DNA of 27,168 nt, taken from IMG/VR virus record IMGVR_UViG_2061766007_004178; one strand, 5' to 3'. The position numbers and the translations under genes were made by a program. The notes beneath the pieces are model-generated. The model did not search any database. It was not told where the DNA came from and saw only the letters and a program-made list of their open reading frames with translations. Of this stretch, positions 1-10,590 are shown piece by piece; position 1 is the first letter of the stretch; each line of letters opens with the position of its first letter. The DNA comes from an uncultured virus (IMG/VR IMGVR_UViG_2061766007_004178) (taxonomy: Duplodnaviria; Heunggongvirae; Uroviricota; Caudoviricetes).

Positions 1-5
1 CACAT
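1..5 (-). CDS. Start of a gene running off the left edge
   Basis: ATG at 5-3 preceded by an AAAGGAG ribosome-binding site and the ATTTGCTAAATTA motif. Confidence 0.5.
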
Positions 6-33
6 GGCTTGCTCCTTTGGTGCAGTCTCAGTA

Positions 34-46
34 TAATTTAGCAAAT
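34..46 (-). promoter_or_regulatory. Putative phage late promoter ATTTGCTAAATTA (copy 1)
   Basis: Exact 13-mer present three times, each time between a terminator and the RBS/ATG of the next operon. Confidence 0.65.
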
Positions 47-60
47 AGATTTATTAAAAA

Positions 61-91
61 TAAAGAAAAAGCCCGCGTTTAAGCGAGCTTT
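61..91 (-). terminator. Intrinsic terminator
   Basis: AAAGCTCGC-TTAAAC-GCGGGCTTT stem-loop followed by a U-rich tract, just after the TAA at 107. Confidence 0.8.
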
Positions 92-106
92 GGTTTCAGC
101 CATGTT

Positions 107-2461
107 TTAATTCAGTTTGATTCTGCCGCAGATATTCTGGTATCTCGGAGGTATGCCGCCGTTGGCGATCGTCCTGCTCCAATTGCCGAATTCGTATCTG
201 CCGCTGGTCTGCTGGACCCATTCGACCCAGCTTGCCCTTCTGAGCGCGTCTACGATCCTCATGGCGTCGTTCGAGCTTATGTTATAGAACTCGAATACGC
301 CGTTCGAGCGCAGGATAGGCTGCGCGCCCGCCAATCTGGCGAGCTTCGTCAGATATTCGCGCCTCTCCGGCTCAGTGAGCTCGAAGGCTTCGAGAAGCGA
401 TTCCTGCAGCAATTCGCCGATGGTTTTCTGCGCGTCGGCGTCTTGGATGACCATGACCGGGAAATCGATGTCCCAGCCGAACATCTCGCCTAACGCGTAC
501 ATCCTATGCCTGCCCTCGATGCCACCGATGTCCTCGATCGAGCTGAAGCTCACGTATGGGAGCGGAAGCTTTTTGTTGAACTTGAGTATGACGTCTTTGA
601 TATGGGCTATCTGCCTTTCGTCTTTCGATATGAAATCGATTATCTCGTCAGGCGACGTATCCTGGGCTTTGCCACAGAGCTCGAAATACTGGGTCGGCGT
701 GATCTGGGCGATCGTGTACATCGCGCTTCTGTAGCGGCCGTCGTCGCTGCCGTCGAGCAGGTCTTGCGTCTGAAGCGTGCTGGCTTTGCGCGTGTCTATG
801 ACGTCTTGGCCATTCGCCTCTTCGGTTCCGTAATCCTTGAACTCATGGTCGTCGTCAAGATACTTGATGCCTTCCTCTAATGACAGCTTTTTGCTGGCGA
901 TTTTCAGCTTGAGGTCTTTCAGTTTGTCGAGCAGACCGGCGTTCCTGACTTCCTTGAAGATGAGGTTTTCGGTAGAGAATTCGCTGCCGGTGGCGCTGTG
1001 CAGGCCTTGCTGCCTCAGCTCATACAATCTGTTTATGTAGTCGTCTATCTCTTCGTCTCCGTCGGCGATGTTGTCGCTCGCGGATTTCACGAGCGCTTTC
1101 GCCTCTTCTATCCAAGGCGCGGCTGCTTTGTCGATGGCTTTCTGGTCGATATCGGGGACATAGCTTTCAGTCGGCTCTTTTATCCACCTGTCGTACATGA
1201 TGGAATAGACGCCGTTGCTGATGAGGTTGCTGTTGTCGGCCATTTCGATATAGGTCTCGACGGGGATGCCGTAGAAGGAGATGTCGTATCTGCTTTCGAA
1301 TATCCTGCGGTACGCGTTATATAATTTCTGGTACAGCTCGGATTGTTCTATGCCTTCTGGCGTCTCTGCCACGAGATGCACGTCGAGGTCGCTGTCTTTC
1401 GTGTAATTGTAGCTGGCGTTCGAGCCTGCCAAAATGACGTCTCTGATTTTCAGGCGGACGCCGTCTTCGAAGAGCATTTTGATGTATTCGTTGGCGATAT
1501 CCTGCACTTTCTGCCTGACTTCAGGCTTAAGCTCGTCGCCGTCGAATATCTTCTGGTTTAGTTCGTTGTGTTTCTCGATTGCTTCGTTCATATCGCTTCC
1601 CTCTAGGCTTTCGGCGTAATGCTTGCTTTTGTTATGCAGATAAGCTCCGCCGCATGTCGTATAGACTTTACGCGTGTTTTTCAGGTCCCTTATCTCTGGC
1701 TCTGGGTCGCCATAATGCCAGTCAGGGTCGTTTTTGATTTTGATCGGCTCATCGGTGATGGTATAGCTCCAATCACTGAGGTTCGGCGTTCTCGTCTGCG
1801 CACGCCCGCTCATGAAATTGGCTGCGAAATTGAATGCCTTGCTTCTATCGTCGAACAATGGCGTATCGTATCAGCTGTGCCCGCCGGCGGTTNNNNNNNN
1901 NNNNNNNNNNNNNNNNNNNNNNNNGCGATTTTTGCCGATGAGAATATGGCGTCTGATGCCGTCTGGTCTATAAGCTACTATTCGGTAAAACTGATCGGTC
2001 TTTCCCGATAGCTTGAATTTAATATTGCCGCCGGATTGGCTTGCGGCCTGCTTTTTCNNNNNNNNNNNNNNNNNNNNNNNNNNNNTCAGGTCATCCAGCT
2101 CATCTTCTGGCATCAGCGCGTATTTGTCGCAAGCCGATGAGTATCTGTCCGTGAAAAGCTTTATTCCGGCCAGCATGTTTCTTATGTCATCGATTGAATA
2201 CCCATATTCGCTCATAAGATGCATTTGCAGGTGCTTGGCCAGCGCATTCCATTTCATTATGACGGCCGCGATGAAACGACGGCAGATATCCGCTATTTCG
2301 GCATCTTTTTTGACGAGCGTCATATCGTCGAGCGCGTATCTCAAAGCGGCGTTCGTGAGTATGATGCCGCGTCTGAGCATATTAAGGCCGACGGCGACTT
2401 TTTTGAAGTCTTCTTCCGTTGGGACGCACTCTGCAACTGTCGGCACTTTCGGCATCAGCAT
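107..2461 (-). CDS. Multidomain protein (~780 aa): unknown N-terminus, pol-beta-type nucleotidyltransferase, ParB/Srx-like domain; in-frame TGA at 1871-1873
   Basis: ORFs 1871..2461 and 107..1858 join in frame through TGA (GHS*YDTPLFDD); motifs ILAGSNASYNY..SDLDVH and LPY..EGRHRMYAL. Confidence 0.75.
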
Positions 2462-3417
2462 TAGCCTTCCTCTTTCTCTTCGTTGTCCTTGCGCATTTCG
2501 GCGGCTAGCTGCTCAGCTCTGGCCGGAATGACGAATTTCTTATTGCAGGCATCGCAGCAGCGACCGCTGTGTTTGTACGGCTCTGGATTATTGCCATAGC
2601 CGATGCAGTCTTCGCCGCAGATGCAGCATGTGTATTCTCTGTCTGGATCTTCGGTCAGGCATTCTCCATAGACGTTAATGTCCGGGAAATCCTGGCTGAA
2701 TTCGTTTTCGTTATTGTTTTGCATATGATTTTTAGGTTTTACGATCAATGGCGATAGCGCATCGAAGTCGCTGCGCAAAATAGCCACCACTTTGTTTATC
2801 TCCGTAATCGCGGTGCCGTTGAAATAACCCGCATAGCCGGTTGGAAGGCCTTCTAAATCCGGCACGCGGATTATGCCGCTGATGCCGAACTTCATCGGGT
2901 ATCCGCCGCTCGTTCTCTGGTCCGCATCATAAATCGTTATCTGGTCATCTGTCAAGTCTGGCAGCAGTCATTTGAGTGCTCCGACTTTATCGGCTGGGCT
3001 TTGAAGTGAGATCGACGCACGTTTCGCCAGCAAAAACGAAACGATATCGTTGAATGATACCGTGATTGGCTTCGGAGGCTGCTCTGAGTCAACTTCGCCT
3101 CTGAGCGTCTTTTCGACGTCTTTGGCGGCTTTCTGCCTGAAGTATTCTCTGCGCTCTTCGGCCAATTCGGCAAGCTTGGCGTCGTAGCCCGCTATTCGGG
3201 CCGCTATCGCCGCTTTCTCCTTTTCGGCCGTCTTTATCTTGTTAGCCACGGTATTGGCGTGCTTAGGGTCTGTGTCGCTGGCATAGCCTGCGATTCTGAT
3301 ATCCGTGTCTTCGAGGCTTTTCAGCGCCTGCTCTTTCTTCTGTTTAAGCACAGTTACCTCGGCATCTATGATCAAAGGACGCCTTGCGGTTATGGTTTCA
3401 TTCAATTCGAAACTCAT
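2461..3417 (-). CDS. Hypothetical protein (318 aa) with coiled-coil N-terminus and C-terminal Cys-rich Zn-binding module; in-frame TGA at 2968-2970
   Basis: ORFs 2968..3417 and 2461..2955 join in frame (ALK*LLPDLTDD); CCICG..GYGNNPEP..CCDAC; AAGGAG RBS before 3417 and none before 2955. Confidence 0.7.
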
Positions 3418-3428
3418 CGCCTGGCTCC

Positions 3429-5774
3429 TTATTTCATCTGTCTGGCGTTGATGGCCCTGAAGTTGGCGACCGCCTCTTTGTCTTTGAGGTCGGCGTCGGT
3501 CAGCCTATCATCGTACTCTTTGTTGACCTGAGCATCCGGAGCAGCTTCGACGTCGGCGAATTTCTTGCGCTCTTCCTCATGCTTGACGTTTAGGTCGTAG
3601 TCCATGACCTTAACGTGGTTTTTGTCATAGAGGATGCCGTCGTCATAATAATATATGATATCCGAAGGCTTAAGTTCTTGGACATTGTCATGGTCGGTGA
3701 GGTTCTTCAGAGAATATATCGAGCAGTTTTCGCCATTCACTCTGAGAAGCGCTTTTAAGATGTCTTCTTTATTTGAGCAGAAGATGTTCTGAGGCCTGAC
3801 GTAATAGCGTTTGACGTAACGCTTGGCTTCGTCCAATCCAACGCTCTCTTCGATGCCGTTTTCAATTTGGTTTTCAGACAGGCTTTCCGTTTTCGGCACG
3901 ATCCTGCCGATCATATGAGTTATCCTGTCTATCGTATCTTTATCGCTGACGCAGGCTTTGAGAGACTCCTTAATCAGGTTTTCCGGATAATTAAGCTTGT
4001 TGACGATATGATCTTTGAGCGTTCCGACGAACGCTGCGTCTTTCTTTAGGCAGACCGCGAAAATCAAAGCCATCAGATAGTCCGCTGCTGGGTCTGTGCC
4101 TGGGGCGACGAATGTTATGGCTATCTGCTGTATGAGCGCCTGCGCGTCATTCGCAGCAGCGACTACGTTGAGAAGCGAGGCGCTGAAATCTGCCTCATTG
4201 AATTTAATGGCAGCTTTCGCTGGCTGCGCGGCAGGTTGTGCCGCAGGCTGCGGAGTCGGCTGCGCTGATGGGGCCGAGATCAATCCGCGCTGCATCATCT
4301 CGTCTTCGATGACTTTCAAAGCGTCGGTATAGCCTTCTGACCTGCAGACTCGCAGATTGAACCTGAGTTTCTCATCTGAGGCGGCTTTCGCGTTGAAATT
4401 GCGGGCTGGCTGACGTCTGTTCAAGAGATTGTTGAACTTGAACATCTTGTCTTTCTGCTCATACCAGTCCAAGTGCGCTTCGGTCAGCTGTTCTTCTGGC
4501 TGTTCTTTCGATTCGCTCAGGTCATCATCTGGCCTGCTCGCTTCGGCGGCGTTTTTGAGCTGCCCGTCTTCTTGCTGGACCCATGTCTCTTTCTTGATTG
4601 AGCAGAGCTTATTGTCTGTATCGCAGTCGATGCTCTCTGATACTCTTGCGATCGGATTATCTAAAATATCCTGCAAAACCGTATCCAATGGCTCGCCGTA
4701 ATATTCGTCTTCCGCCTCGAAAGCGTCGCATTCTGGCCACCAGTTCAGGTACAGGTCCAAGAAATTGTCACCATCGTCGTATTCGATGACATTCTGACGA
4801 AGCATCGAATCGTTTTCCATGGCGGCTTCTAAATCTGCGCCGCTGTCATAACCGAAGTTTTTCGCATATTTATCTAATCTCGCATGGTATTCGTTTTCTA
4901 GCTTTTGATTAAACGCTGGGTCATATTCTAGCTTCTCGTTCAAATTTTCGTCCCCACGATTGTCTAGCATATATTTGGCGAAGCCTTCCATCGTTTCACC
5001 GCCTTTTAAATAGCTGTAGAATGTGCGCTCAGCGTGCATGAGCTTTAAGAATTTGGTCAGAACTTTAGCCATTTCGTCGACTGTCTTGGCTGCGTAAAAC
5101 TCATCTAAGATATCATCTGGGCAGTCGAAACTGTTTATGTAATTCTCGGCCTTTCTATAGCTTTCTGCCAGGCTTTCGCCCATGCCTTCGCTTTCTCCGC
5201 CTGACGCGCCGGCGTCACCGGCTCCGTCTGAGGCTCCGGAATCAGCCGCAGCCGCATCGGNNNNNNNNNNNNNNNNNNNNNNNNNNNNNNNNNNNNNNNN
5301 NNNNNNNNNNNNNNNNNNNNNNNNNNNNNNNNNNNNNNNNNNNNNNNNNNNNNNNNNNNNGCCGCAATAAGCCGATGAATACGGCTTTTTCTTCTTTTTG
5401 CCTTCGGTCAGGCCGCAGCTCTCCCAGCAGGAGATCTGCTCGCAGTCCGCTCTGTTGAACAGGTCGCGGGTGGCTTCGATTACATGAGGATCGCATGAGC
5501 TGCCGTTGAACAGGCCGGTTTTGCACATATTGGCCGTTTGGTCGGTGTTCGGGACTTTGATGAGGTAAATCCTCGTCTGCTCGTCGCATCCGCAGTCGCC
5601 ATACTGTCTAGCCAAATCGTCGTATGCCGACTGCATCAAAGCGTCGTCTGTGTCGAACGCCTCGACGTAGCCTTGGTCGAAGCTGCCGTGCTTCAGCAAG
5701 ACGATGAACAGGCTATCGAGGTCCTCTACCTCGACAGGCTCCCAATTTTCGTTGATTTCGATTTTCTTTGCCAT
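3429..5774 (-). CDS. Large acidic multidomain hypothetical protein, possible virion internal protein
   Basis: 781-aa ORF with AGGAG RBS; modules separated by L-x-E motifs and AQP-type linkers; one N gap. Confidence 0.7.
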   Translation of the reverse strand: MAKKIEINENWEPVEVEDLDSLFIVLLKHGSFDQGYVEAFDTDDALMQSAYDDLARQYGDCGCDEQTRIYLIKVPNTDQTANMCKTGLFNGSSCDPHVIEATRDLFNRADCEQISCWESCGLTEGKKKKKPYSSAYCGXXXXXXXXXXXXXXXXXXXXXXXXXXXXXXXXXXDAAAADSGASDGAGDAGASGGESEGMGESLAESYRKAENYINSFDCPDDILDEFYAAKTVDEMAKVLTKFLKLMHAERTFYSYLKGGETMEGFAKYMLDNRGDENLNEKLEYDPAFNQKLENEYHARLDKYAKNFGYDSGADLEAAMENDSMLRQNVIEYDDGDNFLDLYLNWWPECDAFEAEDEYYGEPLDTVLQDILDNPIARVSESIDCDTDNKLCSIKKETWVQQEDGQLKNAAEASRPDDDLSESKEQPEEQLTEAHLDWYEQKDKMFKFNNLLNRRQPARNFNAKAASDEKLRFNLRVCRSEGYTDALKVIEDEMMQRGLISAPSAQPTPQPAAQPAAQPAKAAIKFNEADFSASLLNVVAAANDAQALIQQIAITFVAPGTDPAADYLMALIFAVCLKKDAAFVGTLKDHIVNKLNYPENLIKESLKACVSDKDTIDRITHMIGRIVPKTESLSENQIENGIEESVGLDEAKRYVKRYYVRPQNIFCSNKEDILKALLRVNGENCSIYSLKNLTDHDNVQELKPSDIIYYYDDGILYDKNHVKVMDYDLNVKHEEERKKFADVEAAPDAQVNKEYDDRLTDADLKDKEAVANFRAINARQMK

Positions 5775-5818
5775 GCTGCGATCTCCTATTTATATTGATT
5801 ATGATATAGCTTTTGCTG

Positions 5819-5869
5819 ATGATGCTTGGGCAACCGGTGAAAGGATAAGCTCAATTGCTCAAACATCAT
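5819..5869 (-). promoter_or_regulatory. Structured 5' leader hairpin (15-bp stem, 21-nt loop)
   Basis: ATGATGTTTGAGCAA pairs with TTGCCCAAGCATCAT (one G-U, one mismatch), immediately after the motif at 5871. Confidence 0.5.
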
Positions 5870-5870
5870 A

Positions 5871-5883
5871 TAATTTAGCAAAT
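5871..5883 (-). promoter_or_regulatory. Putative phage late promoter ATTTGCTAAATTA (copy 2)
   Basis: Exact repeat of the motif, directly downstream of the terminator at 5891-5918. Confidence 0.65.
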
Positions 5884-5890
5884 GATAAAT

Positions 5891-5918
5891 AAAAAAGCCC
5901 GTTTTCGGGCTTTCTTTT
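5891..5918 (-). terminator. Intrinsic terminator (possibly bidirectional)
   Basis: AAAGCCCG-AAAA-CGGGCTTT perfect stem followed by T tract. Confidence 0.85.
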
Positions 5919-5939
5919 TCAGGAGGCTTTTAGTGTCTT

Positions 5940-6639
5940 TTATTCGTCGCTTTCGACCGTTTTCTCAGGCTCGATGCCGTCGTCGATCTTCTCATTCTCG
6001 ATAGGCTGCTCNNNNNNNNNNNNNNNNNNNNNNNNNNNNNNNNNNNNNNNNGAAGTCTACGAAGAAATCGGCGACTTCAGGTTTTTCGAACTTTTTGGCG
6101 CCTTCGGCCTCTGGCGCATCGAATTCGAACGGCGTGTTGAACTGACCATCATCCGCGGCGATGGTCTCTTCGGCAGGAGCTTCGTCTTTAGGTTCTTCTA
6201 TAGCTGGGATCTCGACTTCGGCAGGCGGTATCTCGGACTCTTCTGCCTCAGCGGCTTTTTCTTCTGGTTCTGTTGGTTTTTCGCCGGCAATCGGCACGAT
6301 GATCTCGCCGTCGCCCTCAGCGTCTTTAATGGTGACGTTGCCGTCTTCGCCGATGTGGATATCGACGTCTTCCTTAAGCGCTTTGGCCTCTTCTGGGATA
6401 TCGAGGTAATCTTTGGCGTCGAGATGGAGCTCGATTTGGCCTATGCAGACCAAGTATGCGTCAAGGAGCGCCTGAAGGAGCTCTTCGACTTTTTTGGTCC
6501 CGCTGAAGTTCTCGCCGATGGACCTGATGGTCTCTTTGAGATAGCCGATGTCCTCCCAGCCTCTGCTGACGAAATCGGTCAGGAATGAGACAGGCAGCTT
6601 CTCTTTGGACTCGTTCAATGTTTGCTTTTCGATTTTCAT
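5940..6639 (-). CDS. Acidic hypothetical protein
   Basis: ATG 6639 with AGGAG RBS; after the N gap the acidic frame continues EQPIENEKIDDG..VESDE-TAA (5940). Confidence 0.7.
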
Positions 6640-6659
6640 GTTCTATAGTCTCCTGTATT

Positions 6660-7864
6660 TTATAACATATATTGGCTCGNNNNNNNNNNNNNNNNNNNNN
6701 NNNNNNNNNNNNGGAATCTCTCCATATGAACCAAACATAGCCTTTAAGCTTCAATGGGCTGCATCGATTCCAGTTAGTCTGGTCCTCGATATCATCATCA
6801 GACATGACGATTACGTTCGTGTACCCGTTCTGCTCGATGTTTTCCATTACCTCTGGGAAGCCATGTGTGCCGCCTTCATGCCAATCGGGACGGTCTTTGC
6901 CATTCGCGTTTGGGTCATCAGGCGGGTTCGTATGCAGATGGTTCGAGAAGTAATATAAGTCGATCTTCTTAATTTTATGTCTGGCTACGAAGCCATTCAA
7001 TACATTGATGGCTTCGACGCCTTTTCTGACGTCATCTCGTCCCCAAGAGCCAGACTGATCGAAATAGATCGCGAGAGATGGCAGAGTCTTCTTGTCTGGG
7101 TAGTCTTGTCCAGGCATGAGGTAATCGGTGCCGGCGTAGCTGGGATTAGGTCTCAGCCAGGTGTCTTCCGGCTCTTTGGCCGTGCCGATTTGGCTCTTCA
7201 TGGCCATGAATAGATCATTTGCGAAGTCTTCGAAATCCAATATGCCGCCGCGGGCTTTTCTAGCCGCTTCTTTGGCCGCGTTTTTCTCGGCCTTTATGCG
7301 TTCTTTCTCCGCTTTCGCGCGCTCTTGATCCTGATAGGCCGCGTCAGCTCTTATGTCGTCGAGGTCTTTTTGGATTTCGTCTGGATCGTTTATTTTCTTG
7401 ATGCGCTCTTTGCGTTCTTCTTCGGTCTCTTGGCTCACGTCTTCGTCTTTGTCTTTCACTGAAGAGTTTTTAGGCATAATCAGGCCATTGACCGTAAGTC
7501 GCTCGTCTTTGCTGCCGTTTTGGCCGGCCTGCCCATCGGCCTTATCGCCAGCGCTTTGACTGCCGTTTTTCGCGCGACCGGAGCTATTCTGCTCTGGGCC
7601 GGCGCTCGATTGCGATTGCTGGCTGTCGCCGTTCTGCTGGCCTTGGCCGCTCTGATTTGGTTTACTCTGCTGGCCTAAGTCGTTTTTGGAGGCGTTTTCA
7701 GAGCCTTGAGCGCCGTTTTCGCCCGCTTGCTTACTTGGCTTGTTTTTCGTCTGATCGCATTCGTCTGGATCCAGCTGAACAGGCCTAGTCTTGGATGTGA
7801 GCAGCGTCGAAAGCGCGTCTAAAGCGCCTTTCTTTTTCTGTGGATTGGTTAGGTTGATTGCCAT
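6660..7864 (-). CDS. vWA (MIDAS) domain protein with Q/G/S-rich N-terminal linker, DUF2201 C-terminal-like
   Basis: LAIYFDQSGSW (DxSxS), GGT, VIVMSDD; the end lies after an N gap (probably SQYML-TAA at 6660). Confidence 0.75.
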
Positions 7865-7873
7865 ATTCGTCTC

Positions 7874-8552
7874 CTATAAGACGTCGATGTCTCCGTTTTT
7901 GATTCTATCTATGATCTGCTCGATCTCTCGTTCGTCGACGCCTTCTTTGTCATAGCGCATCATGACCTCATTCCAAGCGGCTTTGTAGTCTGGATCGATT
8001 TCTTGGTCGTTTCCGGAGCCGCCGGCGCCGTTTTCGCTCTCCAAGCTTTGGCTGTCTGTGTCTGNNNNNNNNNNNNNNNNNNNNNNNNNNNNNNNNNNNN
8101 NNNNNNNNNNNNNNNNNNNNNNNNNNNNNNNNNNNNNNNNNNNNNNNNNNNNNNNNGCTTTGCGAACCGTTGCTGTCGGCATCGGCGTTTTCGCTGCTGG
8201 AGCTGTCACCACCAGCGCTGCCTTGGCCGCTCTGCGCCTGCTGATCGTTTTTGTTTTCGTTGTCTTTATTGTCACCCTCACCCTCGCCTTGCTGGCCTAC
8301 GCCGCCTTGGCTGGATTGCTTTTGCTGCTGTTTCTGCCTAAGCTGATCTAAGACATGGTCTGGGTCATCGAATTCGAACTCGTCTTGGCTGTCCATATCA
8401 GGCGAATTCGGCATCTCAGGCATATCGAGCTCAGGGTCTATTTCGACCTCTTGCCCCATCATCGGTGGCATTCCGGCTATGCCGCTGGCCGCCCTTGCCT
8501 TAAGAATGGCCTGCAACGCGTCGATTTTAGCTTGTTTCTCTGTCGCTGTCAT
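7874..8552 (-). CDS. Low-complexity Q/G/D/S-rich protein between the HExxH and vWA genes
   Basis: ATG 8552 with AGGAGG RBS; the two ORF halves flank the N gap 8065-8156; ends IDVL-TAG. Confidence 0.65.
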
Positions 8553-8563
8553 AAATGGCCTCC

Positions 8564-9292
8564 TTAATCGGCTTTCTCCGCCATAATGTCGGCAAGGATG
8601 TTNNNNNNNNNNNNNNNNNNNNTAGGATCATCATAAGTCCTCATTATTTCGTTGTAGGCATTGATGTATTCTGGCGTATGGGTTGCTTTCTTTATTTTGA
8701 TTTTAGGTTTTTTCGGAGGGTTTTTCTTCATGTTCTCCTCATGTTCTTTCATGAGCAGATCATACATCTCCTCCAATGTTTTGTTCATCCACTCTGGCTT
8801 ATCCATCTCAAGGACGAGGCCGCCGACGACTCTGCCGCAAATCGACAGATTGTGTGCGACTTGCTGATCGTGCTTATTATAGCCCTCTCTGGACAGATCC
8901 CAGTCTTCGGCTTTGTTCGCCAAATCACGGACGGTCGGATTGCGGAGCTTCTGCTCGAAGTCTTTGTGATGCGCTTTTAGATAATCATAAAGGCGCTTTT
9001 CGTGAACGAGCAAAAAGTGCAGCAATTCATGTCTGATTACGAGACTGAGCTGATCTTTCGTACGCTGCGATTCGCCTTCTGAGAACATGCCTGGGTTGAC
9101 CACGATCTCGCCGGTTTCCGGAAACATCGCGGCAACATCTATATAATGGCCATGGTAAACGTCGGCGCATACCAAATCGAATTCCTGCAGGCGTCTGGCA
9201 TACGTGCCATACCCTTGTTCGATAAGCAGCGAAACGAGATAGGCCTTTCTTTCGATGTCTGATTTATTCATTCGTTCTGTGATCTGCTGCAT
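8564..9292 (-). CDS. HExxH metallopeptidase-like protein (DUF2201 N-terminal-like)
   Basis: IVVNP..LVIRHELLHFLLVH..ANKAED; adjacent to AAA+ and vWA genes. Confidence 0.75.
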   Translation of the reverse strand: MQQITERMNKSDIERKAYLVSLLIEQGYGTYARRLQEFDLVCADVYHGHYIDVAAMFPETGEIVVNPGMFSEGESQRTKDQLSLVIRHELLHFLLVHEKRLYDYLKAHHKDFEQKLRNPTVRDLANKAEDWDLSREGYNKHDQQVAHNLSICGRVVGGLVLEMDKPEWMNKTLEEMYDLLMKEHEENMKKNPPKKPKIKIKKATHTPEYINAYNEIMRTYDDPXXXXXXXNILADIMAEKAD

Positions 9293-9308
9293 AACGCGCT
9301 CCTTACGC

Positions 9309-10576
9309 TTAATCTGGGAGGTTCATGATGAAATCGTCTATCGCGCTTGCTATCTGAGCGTCGGTTTTGGCGGCCTTATTCGGATTGACGCCTTGTTTAT
9401 TAAACACGTTGTTTCCGGTTGTTTGTACGTCGACATAGCTCGCAAGGGCGTTTTTTATAATCTGCTTCTTGCTCTGCTGCATACCAGAAAGCTCCAAAGC
9501 TTTCAAATAACTGGCCTTAGTGCCGTTGCTAGCTCTCAAAATACGCAAGAATGAACGATANNNNNNNNNNNTAAGATAATTGTCAACCTCGCCATACTTA
9601 CGGAAGATAGTTCTGACATCGTCTGCGTCATCTCAGCCGTCCTGTATGAAAGCCTTATCTGTGAGGATCTTATCGGCGATCGCATGCTGACCGGCGTACC
9701 TTTGCTGCGATTTAGGCGAAAGGAATTTGTTTTTTTCGATGGCTTTATATAAGGTATCTATGTGCTTTTTGAAAGCGGCCGTATTCGGTGCATGCTCAAT
9801 AACGAAGGCGTTTCTTGAAACCATGGCAGGGTCGAGCTGCTGTGCATCTTCGAAGACATCGCTGGCCGGATTAATCGCGCTGACCGTAAAAAGTATGTTA
9901 GGGAAGCGTCTGATATTTGAGATGACCCTGCCGTTCGGGTCTCTCGTAACGCCGGGAAGCGTGTGCTCATTGATCAACGTAAGCAAAGAGCCGATGATAT
10001 TGCCCCTGGCTCTATTAAGCTCATCCAAGAACAAGACTGTATTCGGGCGGCTCAAGGTCTCCCAGTAGTCCGAGACGACTGGGGTCTGCTTAAGGGTGCC
10101 ATTCGCGTCTGGGGATGGATATGGGATGCCGCCGACGGTCGCGATGTCGAGCGACTTGGCATCACATTCAAACATATTAAGGTGATGCTCCCTGCAGAAT
10201 TGTTTGACGATCGAGGTCTTGCCGAAGCCAGCTAAACCATAAATGAGCACATTTACGGATTCGCTTATGTCAGTTTCCCCAAGCTCTCTATCTGCTATAG
10301 CGGCTTCTAAAGCCATCTGAAGAGCGGNNNNNNNNNNNNNNNNNNNNCCGTGCCATATGGGTTTTCGATCAAGTCGGCCGTCTCATAGACGTCTTTGACG
10401 TGCTGCTGGAGAGCGGCTTGGTCTTTGACCTGTTTCCCGGCTTCGGCGGCGCCTTGCTCTATGTCTGCGGCGATCTCTTTAGGCGTGGCGTTATCCAATT
10501 CGACGACGTCTTCCTCAGGCGTTTCTTCTTCGGTCAGCTTCTTTTCTTCTGGTTTGTTGGTTTTTACGATTTTCAT
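9309..10576 (-). CDS. MoxR/AAA_5-type AAA+ ATPase with acidic N-terminal leader; in-frame TGA at 9633-9635
   Basis: Walker A GLAGFGKT, Walker B LFLDELNRA, SAINP, LDPAMVSR; frame continues QDG*DDADDVR..YRSFLRILRASNG to TAA at 9309; N-terminal piece joined across gap 10328-10347. Confidence 0.8.
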
Positions 10577-10590
10577 GTATGTGGCTCCTC

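Noticed and set aside
4217..4266. AQPTPQPAAQPAAQP repeat
   Set aside because: An ordinary low-complexity protein linker, not a DNA repeat array.
5834..5854. Loop resembling SRP RNA (CCGGTGAAAGG)
   Set aside because: It lacks the conserved SRP helix-8 CAGG/AGCA internal loop.
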